Below, in pieces: positions 9,442-18,000 of a DNA stretch of 64,000 nucleotides. Within the stretch, counting starts at the first letter, position 1; each line of letters opens with the position of its first letter. This stretch comes from Actinomycetota bacterium (GTDB lineage: Bacteria; Actinomycetota; Acidimicrobiia; IMCC26256; PALSA-610), in NCBI GenBank assembly GCA_003134555.1, contig PLBO01000116.1:29950-93949 (forward strand), in the 5' to 3' direction. The position numbers and the translations under genes were made by a program. A model generated the notes under the pieces. It was not told where the DNA came from. It was given only the letters and a program-made list of their open reading frames with translations, and made no database searches.

Positions 9442-10427
9442 GCACGGCAACGCCGGTTCCCGAAACGTGGGAGCTCGCCGGAGACGACGCCTGGCGGGTT
9501 CTGCGCTCGTCTGGTCACCGTCAGATCCTCAAGGACGCGTTCATGCGGCTGCGGGTGGCCGACGGATTCAGCCATGCGCGATCGTTGGCGTACGCGACCG
9601 CGCTGGTCTTCGTCCAGGCGATCATCGCCGTCGTCGGCCTCGCGAGTGCGCTCGGGAGCAGTAGCTTCAGCGGCCTCGTCGTGCGCACGTTGAAGGCTGC
9701 AGTGCCCGGACCGGGTGGACTACTGCTGACGGACGCGGTTACACAGGCGCACCGTGCCGGAGCGTCACACCGGTACGCCGGCCTCGTCGTCGGACTCGTG
9801 GGCACATTGGTGACGGGCAGCACGCTCCTGGGCCAGCTCGAGCGCGGCCTCAATCGCATCTACGGCGTCGAGCAGGATCGCCCGACCTTGCAGAAGTACG
9901 GACTCGCGCTGGCGTTGGCCGTGACGTCGGGCGCGCTGGTCGTCGCGGCATTCGCGCTTCTCGCCTTCGGGCAGTCCATCGGCAATTCGATTCACAACTC
10001 GACGGTGAATCGCGCGTGGGGAATCGTCCGGTGGCCGGCCGCGGTCGTGCTGGCAACCCTTGCGATGACGCTGCTCTACAAATGGTCGCCCCGCCGCCGT
10101 CAGCCCGCGCTGTCGTGGCTGGCGTTCGGATCGGTCGTGGCCGCGTTCCTGTGGTTGGTCGTGACCGCGGGCCTCGGCGCGTTCTTCTCGTTGAGCCAGT
10201 CATTCGGACAAACCTACGGACCGCTGGCCGGAATCGTCGCGCTGTTGCTGTGGTCGCTGCTCTCGGCGATCGCGGTGTTGTACGGAGGTGCGGTCGCGGC
10301 ACAGCTCGAGGCGGTTCGGGCGGGCGTACGAGAACCACAGGACCAAGAGAAGGTCGAGCACTCCGAGCCCGAGAGCGGACAACCGACGAACGGGCAAGAA
10401 GTCGGAGCCGGGAGTGTGCCGTCGTGA
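9417..10427 (+). CDS. YihY/BrkB (virulence factor BrkB) family membrane protein
   Basis: 336 aa: FSHARSLAYATALVFVQAIIAVVGL... with multiple TM segments. The start is either GTG 9417 or TTG 9438 (TTGA overlap with the upstream stop at 9439-9441). Confidence 0.85.
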   Translation: MRAVGDELSTATPVPETWELAGDDAWRVLRSSGHRQILKDAFMRLRVADGFSHARSLAYATALVFVQAIIAVVGLASALGSSSFSGLVVRTLKAAVPGPGGLLLTDAVTQAHRAGASHRYAGLVVGLVGTLVTGSTLLGQLERGLNRIYGVEQDRPTLQKYGLALALAVTSGALVVAAFALLAFGQSIGNSIHNSTVNRAWGIVRWPAAVVLATLAMTLLYKWSPRRRQPALSWLAFGSVVAAFLWLVVTAGLGAFFSLSQSFGQTYGPLAGIVALLLWSLLSAIAVLYGGAVAAQLEAVRAGVREPQDQEKVEHSEPESGQPTNGQEVGAGSVPS

Positions 10428-11611
10428 CGGTGGCGCGCGATGACGACGCCGCGGACGATCCGGCGGATCACCTGCGCCGGACGATCGAAGGTGTCATCGG
10501 CGTGCCCGCGACCGAGGGCAATCGCATCGACGTCCTCCGCAACGGTGACGAGATCTTCCCCGCCATGCTCGAGGCAATCGGGAAGGCGCGCCGCACGATC
10601 GACCTGCTCACCTTCGTCTACTGGGACGGACAGATCGGTCGCGAGTTCGCGCACGCGCTCGCCGACCGGGCCCAAGCCGGCGCGAGAGTGCGTGTGCTCC
10701 TCGACGCTTGGGGCGCGCGGCCTATCGACAAGTCGATGGTCGACATGATGGAAGACGCCGGTGCCACGATCCGCTGGTTCCGGCCGCTGCATCGCTTCCG
10801 ACCCGGCCAGCTGAACCATCGCACGCACCGCAAGGTCATGATCGTCGACGAGGCAGTCGGTTTCACCGGCGGCGTCGGGATCGCCGACGAATGGCTCGGC
10901 GACGCGCGCAACGAACGAGAGTGGCGCGACACTCACTTCCGACTCCAGGGACCGGCGGTCGACGGGCTACGGGCGGCGTTCCTCGAAGACTGGGCCGAGA
11001 CCGGCCCTGAACTGTTCGACGAACGGTTCGATCTGTTCCCCGACCAACCCAAACCGGGTTCCAGCACCGTGCAATGTGTGCGCAGCGCGTCCGAGATCGG
11101 AACCAGCGACATCCTCACGTTGTTCCGCACGCTGTGCCAGCTTGCGCAACATCGAATCCGGATTGCGACGGCGTACTTCGTGCCGAACGACGAGATTGTC
11201 GACCGACTCACCCTGGCTGCGCAGCGCGGCGTCGAGGTCGATCTCCTGTTGCCTGGGCCCCACGCCGACAAACGGTTCGTGCAACTCGCCGCCGAAGCGG
11301 GTTATCCGGCTTTGCTCGAGGCCGGAGTGAGAATCTGGACGTTCCAACCGTCGATGTTGCACGCGAAGATCATGACGGTCGACGGCATGCTCGCCAACAT
11401 CGGTTCGGCCAACCTGAATGCTCGCTCTACTCACCTCGACGAGGAGATCAACGTCGTCGCGATCGATCGCACGCTGGTCCGCATCCTCGACGGACACTTC
11501 GACGAAGACCTCGGCCGCAGCAGCCGCATAGAGCCCCAACAATGGAAGCACCGGTCGGTCGTGCAACGCGTCGCCGAAACGGCCGTCGCCCCGATCAAGC
11601 GATTCTTCTGA
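10424..11611 (+). CDS. Phospholipase D / cardiolipin-synthase-like protein (two HKD motifs)
   Basis: Trimmed from ORF 10016..11611. The GTG at 10424 overlaps the upstream TGA (GTGA). HKD motifs are HRKVMIVDEAVGFTGGVGI and HAKIMTVDGMLANIGSANLNARS. There are no N-terminal TM helices. Confidence 0.85.
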   Translation: MTVARDDDAADDPADHLRRTIEGVIGVPATEGNRIDVLRNGDEIFPAMLEAIGKARRTIDLLTFVYWDGQIGREFAHALADRAQAGARVRVLLDAWGARPIDKSMVDMMEDAGATIRWFRPLHRFRPGQLNHRTHRKVMIVDEAVGFTGGVGIADEWLGDARNEREWRDTHFRLQGPAVDGLRAAFLEDWAETGPELFDERFDLFPDQPKPGSSTVQCVRSASEIGTSDILTLFRTLCQLAQHRIRIATAYFVPNDEIVDRLTLAAQRGVEVDLLLPGPHADKRFVQLAAEAGYPALLEAGVRIWTFQPSMLHAKIMTVDGMLANIGSANLNARSTHLDEEINVVAIDRTLVRILDGHFDEDLGRSSRIEPQQWKHRSVVQRVAETAVAPIKRFF

Positions 11612-12371
11612 CGCGCGGCGGTACCTCGTCGCCGGGCGCCGCGCGCGTTTCGGTACGGGCCGCTCGAACGCTTGCGGCGCGAACCGCAATCGCCGCGACA
11701 GTGAGGCAGGCGAGGCCGAACAGCGCGCCGCTGAAGACATCGCTGGGATAGTGGAGTCCGCGGTAGACGCGAGAGAACCCGACGGTTGCCGCGAAGGCGA
11801 CCGAGAGGAGCGCGCTCAGGACTCGGGCCAGGATGTTCGTCGTGAGGCACGCCACGATCACGGCAATCCCCACGAACAGGACGATCGCGGCCGCAGTGTG
11901 TCCCGACGGGAAGCTCGACGTCGCCGGGGTCGAGTTGAGGCGAGGCACATCGGGGCGCGGCCGATCGACAGTGAAGGTCACGGAGAGAAAAACGGTGATC
12001 TCGAGGAACAGCGCAATCGCGAGGAAGGCCGCCTCCCGCCAATGCCGACGCAGCGCGAGCAATCCGACGACGACCGCCGCGACGATGACCACCGGCAGCG
12101 TGTTGACTGCCGCAGTCGCCACCTTCGTGATGTCATTCCAGCCGCCCGTACGATGCCGCGCGAAATGCTCGCTCACATGCCGGTCCCAGCTACCCACGGT
12201 GCCATCCAACGCGTGCGTGAGCAAGAAACCGATGCCGAGCATGAGAGCCGCGAGCACCACATATCCGATGAACGTGACCATGAGGGCCGACCGGAACGGA
12301 TGCTGCGGAGAGGATTCGTCCACCCGAGCATCAGCAGTCGGCTCGAGCACAGACCCGAGCGTTTTCGCCAT
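11595..12371 (-). CDS. PAP2-family phosphatase (phosphatidic acid phosphatase type 2), membrane protein
   Basis: 258 aa with the three PAP2 motifs: TVDRPRP, SFPSGH and SRVYRGLHYPSD. Confidence 0.85.
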   Translation of the reverse strand: MAKTLGSVLEPTADARVDESSPQHPFRSALMVTFIGYVVLAALMLGIGFLLTHALDGTVGSWDRHVSEHFARHRTGGWNDITKVATAAVNTLPVVIVAAVVVGLLALRRHWREAAFLAIALFLEITVFLSVTFTVDRPRPDVPRLNSTPATSSFPSGHTAAAIVLFVGIAVIVACLTTNILARVLSALLSVAFAATVGFSRVYRGLHYPSDVFSGALFGLACLTVAAIAVRAASVRAARTETRAAPGDEVPPRVRRIA

Positions 12372-12457
12372 TGGAACCTCCGGAGGGGTGTATTCCCGAA
12401 TGCGACGCCGGGTAAAGATCGTTGGGCAACGTCGTACCCTGGGTAGGTAAGTAGCTC

Positions 12458-13339
12458 GTGGCTGTTGTGCTGGTTGTCGGTGTTTGTGCGCTTGCAGGCG
12501 GACTGGTCGCGGGCTTGGCGGCGTGGCGCCTGCCGAACTTCGACCCCGCCGCGCCGCGCGTGGCTCCGACGTCGATCCGGCGGGAAGTGCGCCGACACGA
12601 AGGGTTTGCCGCCTTCCTCCGCTCGCGGTTCGACCCCGCGACGGCCACCGGTTTGGGCCTCACCGTCGCACTCGGGCTCGTAATCGGAGGTGCCATCGCG
12701 ATCGGCGCGTTGCTCGTGATGGAACAGCACAACGCCGGGCTCGCGCGCTACGACCTGAGCGCGGCGCGCTGGGGCGCGGAGCACGCGACGAGCGGTTCCA
12801 CCCGCTTCCTGAAAGACGTGAGCCTGTTCGGCGGGACGCCCGTGATCATCGCCGTCGCGGTGATCACCGCCGTCGTCGAGTATGTGCGCACGCGCAAGGC
12901 GGCGATCTTCGGCTTCATGACGGTGGTCGTCGCCGGGGAATCCATCGTGACGTGGGCTACGAAGACCATCGTCGCCCGCCCGAGGCCGAACATCCATCGC
13001 TTGACCGGATTCTCGGGTGCCTCGTTCCCGTCGGGTCACGCCGCAGCCGCGGCAGCAACTTTCGCTGCAGTCGCGTTCCTCCTCGGTCGCGGGCGTTCAC
13101 CACGTGCAAAAGCATTTCTCGCCGCCGCCGCGGCTGCCATTGCGGTCGGGGTGGCCACCACTCGTGTACTGCTCGGCGTGCATTGGCTCACCGACGTGCT
13201 CGCGGGCCTGGCGGTCGGCTGGGCCTGGTTCGCGATCTCGTCGATCGCGTTCGGCGGGCGCGTGCTCGCGTTCGGTCGTCCGGCTGAGGTCGCCGAGCAG
13301 GCGGCTGAAACCGTCGACGCAAAGGCGAGAGCCGGGTAA
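12458..13339 (+). CDS. PAP2-family phosphatase, membrane protein
   Basis: 293 aa with a GTG start. Motifs: KTIVARPRP, SFPSGH and TRVLLGVHWLTD. Confidence 0.85.
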   Translation: MAVVLVVGVCALAGGLVAGLAAWRLPNFDPAAPRVAPTSIRREVRRHEGFAAFLRSRFDPATATGLGLTVALGLVIGGAIAIGALLVMEQHNAGLARYDLSAARWGAEHATSGSTRFLKDVSLFGGTPVIIAVAVITAVVEYVRTRKAAIFGFMTVVVAGESIVTWATKTIVARPRPNIHRLTGFSGASFPSGHAAAAAATFAAVAFLLGRGRSPRAKAFLAAAAAAIAVGVATTRVLLGVHWLTDVLAGLAVGWAWFAISSIAFGGRVLAFGRPAEVAEQAAETVDAKARAG

Positions 13340-14944
13340 TTGCGTCTCGACGATTGGTTCCTGACGTCCGAGGAGCGCGGCAACCCGGCGACCGCGATCG
13401 ACTCTCGTCACGGCGACGGCACCGCCTGGACCGAAGGCAACCGAATCGAAGTGCTCGTTGACGGTGCCGCGTACTTCCGTCGACTATGCGAGGCGTTGTC
13501 GTCCCTCGAGGCCGGTGATTCCGTGTACTTCACGGATTGGGAAGGCGACGCCGACGAGCTCCTCGACGGACCGGGCACCGAGATCGGTCGCGTGCTCGCC
13601 GATGCCGCCCGACGTGGCGTTCAGGTGCGCGGACTCTTGTGGCGTTCTCACCCGCGACAGGCCCACTTCGCGGAGCAGAGCAACGCGTCGTTGGCCAGGA
13701 TGGTCGACGAGGCCGGAGGCGAGATCGTGCTCGACGAGCGTGTCCGGCGCGGTGGCAGCCACCACCAGAAGCTGGTCGTACTGCGGCGCGCCACCGGATC
13801 AGACCACGACCTCGCGTTCGAGGGTGGTATCGATCTGTGTCACGGCCGCCACGACGACTCGCGACACCTCGGCGATCCGCAGGCCGTCGAGCTCGACAGC
13901 CGCTATGGCACGAGACCTGCGTGGCACGACGTCCAGCTCGAGGTACGAGGGCCGGCCGTCGGCGATCTGGCGTACACCTTTCGTGAACGCTGGGAAGACC
14001 CGACGCCGCTCGACCATCGCAATCCGTGGCGCATCGCCGCTCGACGCGTGATTCACGAGCCTCGCAAACCCCAGCCGTTGCCGCCGGAGCGCGACGTCCC
14101 CGCACCGCTGGGAAGCCACGCCGTGCAGGTTCTGCGCACCTACCCCGCGAAGCGACCGTCTTACCCGTTCGCGCCCGAGGGTGAGCGCAGCGTCGCGCGG
14201 GCCTATCTGAAAGCGTTCCGGCGCGCCCGTCGACTCGTCTACCTCGAAGACCAGTACCTCTGGTCGGAGCACGCGGCGCATGCGCTGGCCGACGCGCTAC
14301 GACGCAACCGTGACCTGCATGTCGTCGCCGTCGTGCCGCGTTACCCCGACCGCGGCGGACGCGCGACGAGTGCCGCGAGCCGCGTCGGCCGCGAGTACGT
14401 CACCGACATCCTGCGCCGCGCCGGTGGCGACCGCGTCGCGGTGTACGACCTCGAGAACGACGGCGGCAACCCGACATACGTCCACGCGAAAGTTTGCGTC
14501 ATCGACGACGTCGTCTTGCTCGTCGGCTCCGACAATCTGAACCGGCGCTCGTGGACCCACGACTCGGAGATCTCGTGTTCGGTAATCGACGCGCAGCCCG
14601 ACGAACGAGCCCCCACCGACCCGGGCGGTCTCGGCGACGGTGCTCGCCGCCTCGCGCGCGAGACGCGGCTGCAACTCTGGCGCGAGCACCTCGAGCGCGC
14701 CGACGGCAACGACGCCGATCTCCTCGACGCGCGCGACGGCTTTGCCGCCCTGGCCGTCGCCGCGTCCGACCTCGACCAGTGGCATGCCAACGGCAAGCGC
14801 GGACCGCGGCCGCCCGGGGGTCTGCGCCGCCACAACCCCGAACACGTCAGCAAATGGGCGCGATGGCCGGCGTTGGCGCTCTACCGCGTCGCGCTCGACC
14901 CCGACGGACGACCGCGCAACTTGCGCCGCACCGGCTCGGTCTGA
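13340..14944 (+). CDS. Phospholipase D family protein with eukaryote-type PLD catalytic motifs
   Basis: 534 aa. The TTG start immediately follows the PAP2 TAA stop (13337-13339). Motifs: HHQKLVVL...AFEGGIDLCHGRHDDSRH and VHAKVCVIDDVVLLVGSDNLNRRS. Confidence 0.85.
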   Translation: MRLDDWFLTSEERGNPATAIDSRHGDGTAWTEGNRIEVLVDGAAYFRRLCEALSSLEAGDSVYFTDWEGDADELLDGPGTEIGRVLADAARRGVQVRGLLWRSHPRQAHFAEQSNASLARMVDEAGGEIVLDERVRRGGSHHQKLVVLRRATGSDHDLAFEGGIDLCHGRHDDSRHLGDPQAVELDSRYGTRPAWHDVQLEVRGPAVGDLAYTFRERWEDPTPLDHRNPWRIAARRVIHEPRKPQPLPPERDVPAPLGSHAVQVLRTYPAKRPSYPFAPEGERSVARAYLKAFRRARRLVYLEDQYLWSEHAAHALADALRRNRDLHVVAVVPRYPDRGGRATSAASRVGREYVTDILRRAGGDRVAVYDLENDGGNPTYVHAKVCVIDDVVLLVGSDNLNRRSWTHDSEISCSVIDAQPDERAPTDPGGLGDGARRLARETRLQLWREHLERADGNDADLLDARDGFAALAVAASDLDQWHANGKRGPRPPGGLRRHNPEHVSKWARWPALALYRVALDPDGRPRNLRRTGSV

Positions 14945-15201
14945 ATCGGCTCCGAGCGAGCCATTCCCCGAAGAGGTGTACCGTAGAACTCAGCACGGAG
15001 GGAGTACCCGCACCGTGTTGGACTCTGCCCTTAGCGTCGGCACCCTCCCGGGAGCGTTGCTCCGGACCCCTGGTAGCGCGGCAAACGACTGCGTGCTCCT
15101 GCCAGGGAGGGTTGCCAATGGTCAAGCGATGAAGGATTCGGATTGGTCATTGCATCATCGTCGACGTCTCTACGGGTCGACAAGAAGGAAGGAACGACGT
15201 C

Positions 15202-15450
15202 ATGGGTAGTGGTATAAGCGTTTTCCTCATTGCAGTCGGCGCGATCCTGTATTTCGCCGTAACCAAGGTCGTCGACGGGCTCAACCTCGGCGCGGTCGGC
15301 GTCATCTTGATGATCGTCGGCGGGCTCGGGCTGATCGTGTCGTTCATCGTGCTCGGAATGAACCGCGGTCGCGGTGGGCGCACGACCGTGCTGCAGGGAA
15401 CAACTCCCCTGCAAACCGGCACAGCCGTCCTGCAAGAAGACGCGCGCTGA
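15202..15450 (+). CDS. Small two-TM membrane protein (DUF6458-like)
   Basis: 82 aa. A GAAGGAAGGAA Shine-Dalgarno precedes the ATG. Sequence: MGSGISVFLIAVGAILYFAVTKVVDGLNLGAVGVILMIVGGLGLIVSFIVL. Confidence 0.7.
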   Translation: MGSGISVFLIAVGAILYFAVTKVVDGLNLGAVGVILMIVGGLGLIVSFIVLGMNRGRGGRTTVLQGTTPLQTGTAVLQEDAR

Positions 15451-15481
15451 CGCATCGCGACTCCTTGTGACCTACGAGTTC

Positions 15482-15514
15482 GTCGGGAGCCGGCCCCCGC
15501 GACCGGCTCCCGAC
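15482..15514 (+). terminator. Hairpin terminator candidate (12-bp perfect stem gtcgggagccgg / ccggctcccgac, 9-nt loop, no U-tract)
   Basis: Read directly. It lies 32 nt after the stop at 15450. Confidence 0.5.
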
Positions 15515-15718
15515 GCTCACCCGCTGCTCGCACACCGATCCGTCGGCCGCGCGAGCAGCCCCGTCCCCCGACCACGTCGTCGAGGACGGATTCCAACCGC
15601 CGCCCTTCTGCAGTTTCCTCGCATCGCCACGCCGCTACTTCACCTTTTCGAGTGGTTCTGGGGCTTTGGAGCTCCACAAGCCAGGCTCAACCAGCGCTTC
15701 CAAGGGTAAGGAACAGTC

Positions 15719-16375
15719 ATGGTCGAAATGGGCGCGAATGGTCGTGGTTCCGGGCGACGCATCAAGGTCGCAGTGGTGAACGACTACGAGCTGGTCGTGC
15801 AGGGAGTCGCGACGATGTTGCGAACGTTCCGCGACCGGATCGACGTCGTCGAGGTCGACGTGCGCGAGAATCCGCACGGCCAAGTCGATGTCGCCCTCTT
15901 CGACACGTACGGCCACCGACAGCTGGGACTTGATCGAGTTGCGACGTTGGTTCGCGATCGCAACGTGGGCGCCGTAGCCGTGTACACGGGTCACTCGACG
16001 AGCGACCAACGCGACGCCGCGCTCGCGGCCGGCGCACGCGGCCTTCTCGCGAAGTCGATGCAGGCCAGCGCGCTGGCGCAAGCCCTGATCGACATTGCCG
16101 ACGGCCATCAAGTCGTCAGCGAGGAGTTCGGCGACGCCGAAGGTGCGCAATGGCCGGGTCGCGAGTTCGGTCTCACCTCACGGGAGAGTGAGGTCGCCGC
16201 ATTGCTCGCGCAAGGCTTGAGCAACAAGGAGCTCGCGGCGGCGCTCTGGATCAGCGAGAACACGGTGAAGACGCACCTCAAGGGCATCTTCCAAAAGACG
16301 ACGGCGACGTCGCGGACACAAGCCATCGTACGAATCGCCGGCGACGCGCAATTCGCTCGACGGATAAGCGCATAG
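15719..16375 (+). CDS. LuxR/NarL-family response regulator (receiver + HTH); no cognate kinase in the window
   Basis: 218 aa. The receiver has IKVAVVNDYELV, VALFD and LLAKS. The C-terminal part is LTSRESEVAALLAQGLSNKELAAALWISENTVKTHLKGIFQK. Confidence 0.85.
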   Translation: MVEMGANGRGSGRRIKVAVVNDYELVVQGVATMLRTFRDRIDVVEVDVRENPHGQVDVALFDTYGHRQLGLDRVATLVRDRNVGAVAVYTGHSTSDQRDAALAAGARGLLAKSMQASALAQALIDIADGHQVVSEEFGDAEGAQWPGREFGLTSRESEVAALLAQGLSNKELAAALWISENTVKTHLKGIFQKTTATSRTQAIVRIAGDAQFARRISA

Positions 16376-16386
16376 CGAACAGCTCC

Positions 16387-17367
16387 GTGAGCTGGCCGGA
16401 GCGATTGGTTCGCCGTATCGACGCATTCCAGCAACGGAATCGGCCGTTCGGATTCTGCTTTGGAGTCATCAAGAAGTTCGGCGACGACCGGGCGGGGATG
16501 CTCGCCGCGCTCATCGCGTACTACGGGTTCCTTGCGTTGTTCCCACTGCTGTTGTTGCTCGTCACGGTGCTCGGATTCGCGTTGCACGACAACCCGTCGC
16601 TGCAACAACGGGTTCTGAACTCCGCGCTCAGCGATTTTCCGATTGTCGGCGACCAGATTCGCACCAATATCCATACGCTTCGCGCGAGCCCACTCGCCAC
16701 GGTCGTCGGGGTCCTCGGTCTGGTGTGGGGTTCGCTGGGCGTCACGCAAGCTGCTCAGTTCGCGATGGCCCAGGTCTGGAATGTCGAGGGCAAGGATCGA
16801 CCGAGCTTCGTCACGCGCCTCGTGCGCGGGTTGTCGTTCATGGGTGCGTTGGGAATCGGCATCGCGATCACCACGGTGCTGACCCAGGTCGGCGCGTTCA
16901 GCGGGAACCACGCGCTTTGGTTCAAGGCCCTCTCGGTCGCGGCGGGCACCGGGGTGAACGTCGGACTCGCCGTGATCGCCTTTCGTATCCTCACGCCCCG
17001 ACAGATCCACATGCACGACTTGGTACCGGGGGCTGTCATCGCCGGTATCGGCTGGACGGTGCTGCAGTTCGGTGGGACCTATCTGGTCGGCCATCAACTC
17101 CGGCACACCAGCCAGATCTACGGCCTCTTCGCCGTCGTGCTGGGTCTCGTCTCGTGGTTGTATCTGAACGCACAACTCACGCTGTACGCCGCCGAGATGA
17201 ACGTCGTCCGTGCGCGCCGACTATGGCCGCGCACCATTGTGCAACCTCCGCTCACCGGGGCGGACCGCGATGTCCTTCGAGGCATTGCCCTGCAGGAGAC
17301 CCGCCGTCCCGAGCAACACATCGACGTCGATTTCGACAACTCCGCGCTCACGGAACAGAGGGATTGA
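16387..17367 (+). CDS. YihY/BrkB family membrane protein (second copy)
   Basis: 326 aa. The GTG start is 11 nt after the response-regulator stop. Sequence: DRAGMLAALIAYYGFLALFPLLLLLVTVLGF... with multiple TM segments. Confidence 0.85.
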   Translation: MSWPERLVRRIDAFQQRNRPFGFCFGVIKKFGDDRAGMLAALIAYYGFLALFPLLLLLVTVLGFALHDNPSLQQRVLNSALSDFPIVGDQIRTNIHTLRASPLATVVGVLGLVWGSLGVTQAAQFAMAQVWNVEGKDRPSFVTRLVRGLSFMGALGIGIAITTVLTQVGAFSGNHALWFKALSVAAGTGVNVGLAVIAFRILTPRQIHMHDLVPGAVIAGIGWTVLQFGGTYLVGHQLRHTSQIYGLFAVVLGLVSWLYLNAQLTLYAAEMNVVRARRLWPRTIVQPPLTGADRDVLRGIALQETRRPEQHIDVDFDNSALTEQRD

Positions 17368-17393
17368 CCCCCGACTCCTACGAGTCGGGGGTC
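17366..17393. terminator. Bidirectional hairpin (gacccccgactc-ctac-gagtcgggggtc) overlapping both convergent stop codons
   Basis: 12-bp perfect stem read directly. The TGA at 17365-17367 and the minus-strand TAG at 17378-17380 both fall inside or against the stem. Confidence 0.6.
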
Positions 17394-17896
17394 AGGTGAT
17401 CGATCACCTCGCCGGCACGGGTGGCGATGCGCTCGGCACGCGGCGCGGCTGCCTCCTTGGCCGACGACGCCGCCACCTTCGCTCGCGCCAGCGATCGCTT
17501 CGCGGCCTTGCGGGCACGGCGGCCGGCTTTGCGACTCCGTTCCGCGGCATCCGTGCCGGCGCTCCGGGCCGTCTCGACGCCGCTGCGCACCAGTGGCTCG
17601 ACACCCGAGAGCACCTCTCCCATGGTCTCGCCTCGGCGGTGTCGCCGGCTCCGTCGCTTGGACTGCTGGAGCCGCTTGCCGGCATGGGCGGCGTCCGCGC
17701 TCGCGCGCTTCACCCGCTTCTCGGCGGCGGTGATACGGGCTTCGGCAGCAATGCGAGCCTGGTGCTCCCCGAGAAGGGAAGTCTCCGCGGCGCGCTGTGA
17801 CCGCTCTGCTCGTCGCAGTTTCTCCTTCTTGCTGCGGAACGAGACCAATCCCAATGTTCCGACCGACAGCGTCTTTCGGATCAAACCCATTCTCAT
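17378..17896 (-). CDS. Hypothetical basic, Ala/Arg/Lys-rich coiled-coil protein with a short N-terminal hydrophobic segment
   Basis: Trimmed from ORF 17378..17947. The start is ATG 17896 or ATG 17890, after a GGGAG element. Sequence: M(RM)GLIRKTLSVGTLGLVSFRSKKEKLRRAERSQRAAE... I recognise no family. Confidence 0.5.
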   Translation of the reverse strand: MRMGLIRKTLSVGTLGLVSFRSKKEKLRRAERSQRAAETSLLGEHQARIAAEARITAAEKRVKRASADAAHAGKRLQQSKRRSRRHRRGETMGEVLSGVEPLVRSGVETARSAGTDAAERSRKAGRRARKAAKRSLARAKVAASSAKEAAAPRAERIATRAGEVIDHLTPDS

Positions 17897-18000
17897 CTCC
17901 CTGACGGGCCGACACTTATGAACTACCCCAGAGGCCGGTACCCACACGGCGGCCCGTGCAACCCATCGCGGCCCGCCGGCGGGGCTCGTATCCTCCGGCG

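Noticed and set aside
14960-15060. Guanidine-I (ykkC) or c-di-AMP (ydaO) riboswitch, suggested by ACGGAGGGA and CCCGGGAG strings
   Set aside because: The spacing between the elements is far too long. The other conserved blocks (for example GGGUUCCG / GGUCCGAGAG for ykkC) are not present. The region is kept only as an unclassified structured leader.
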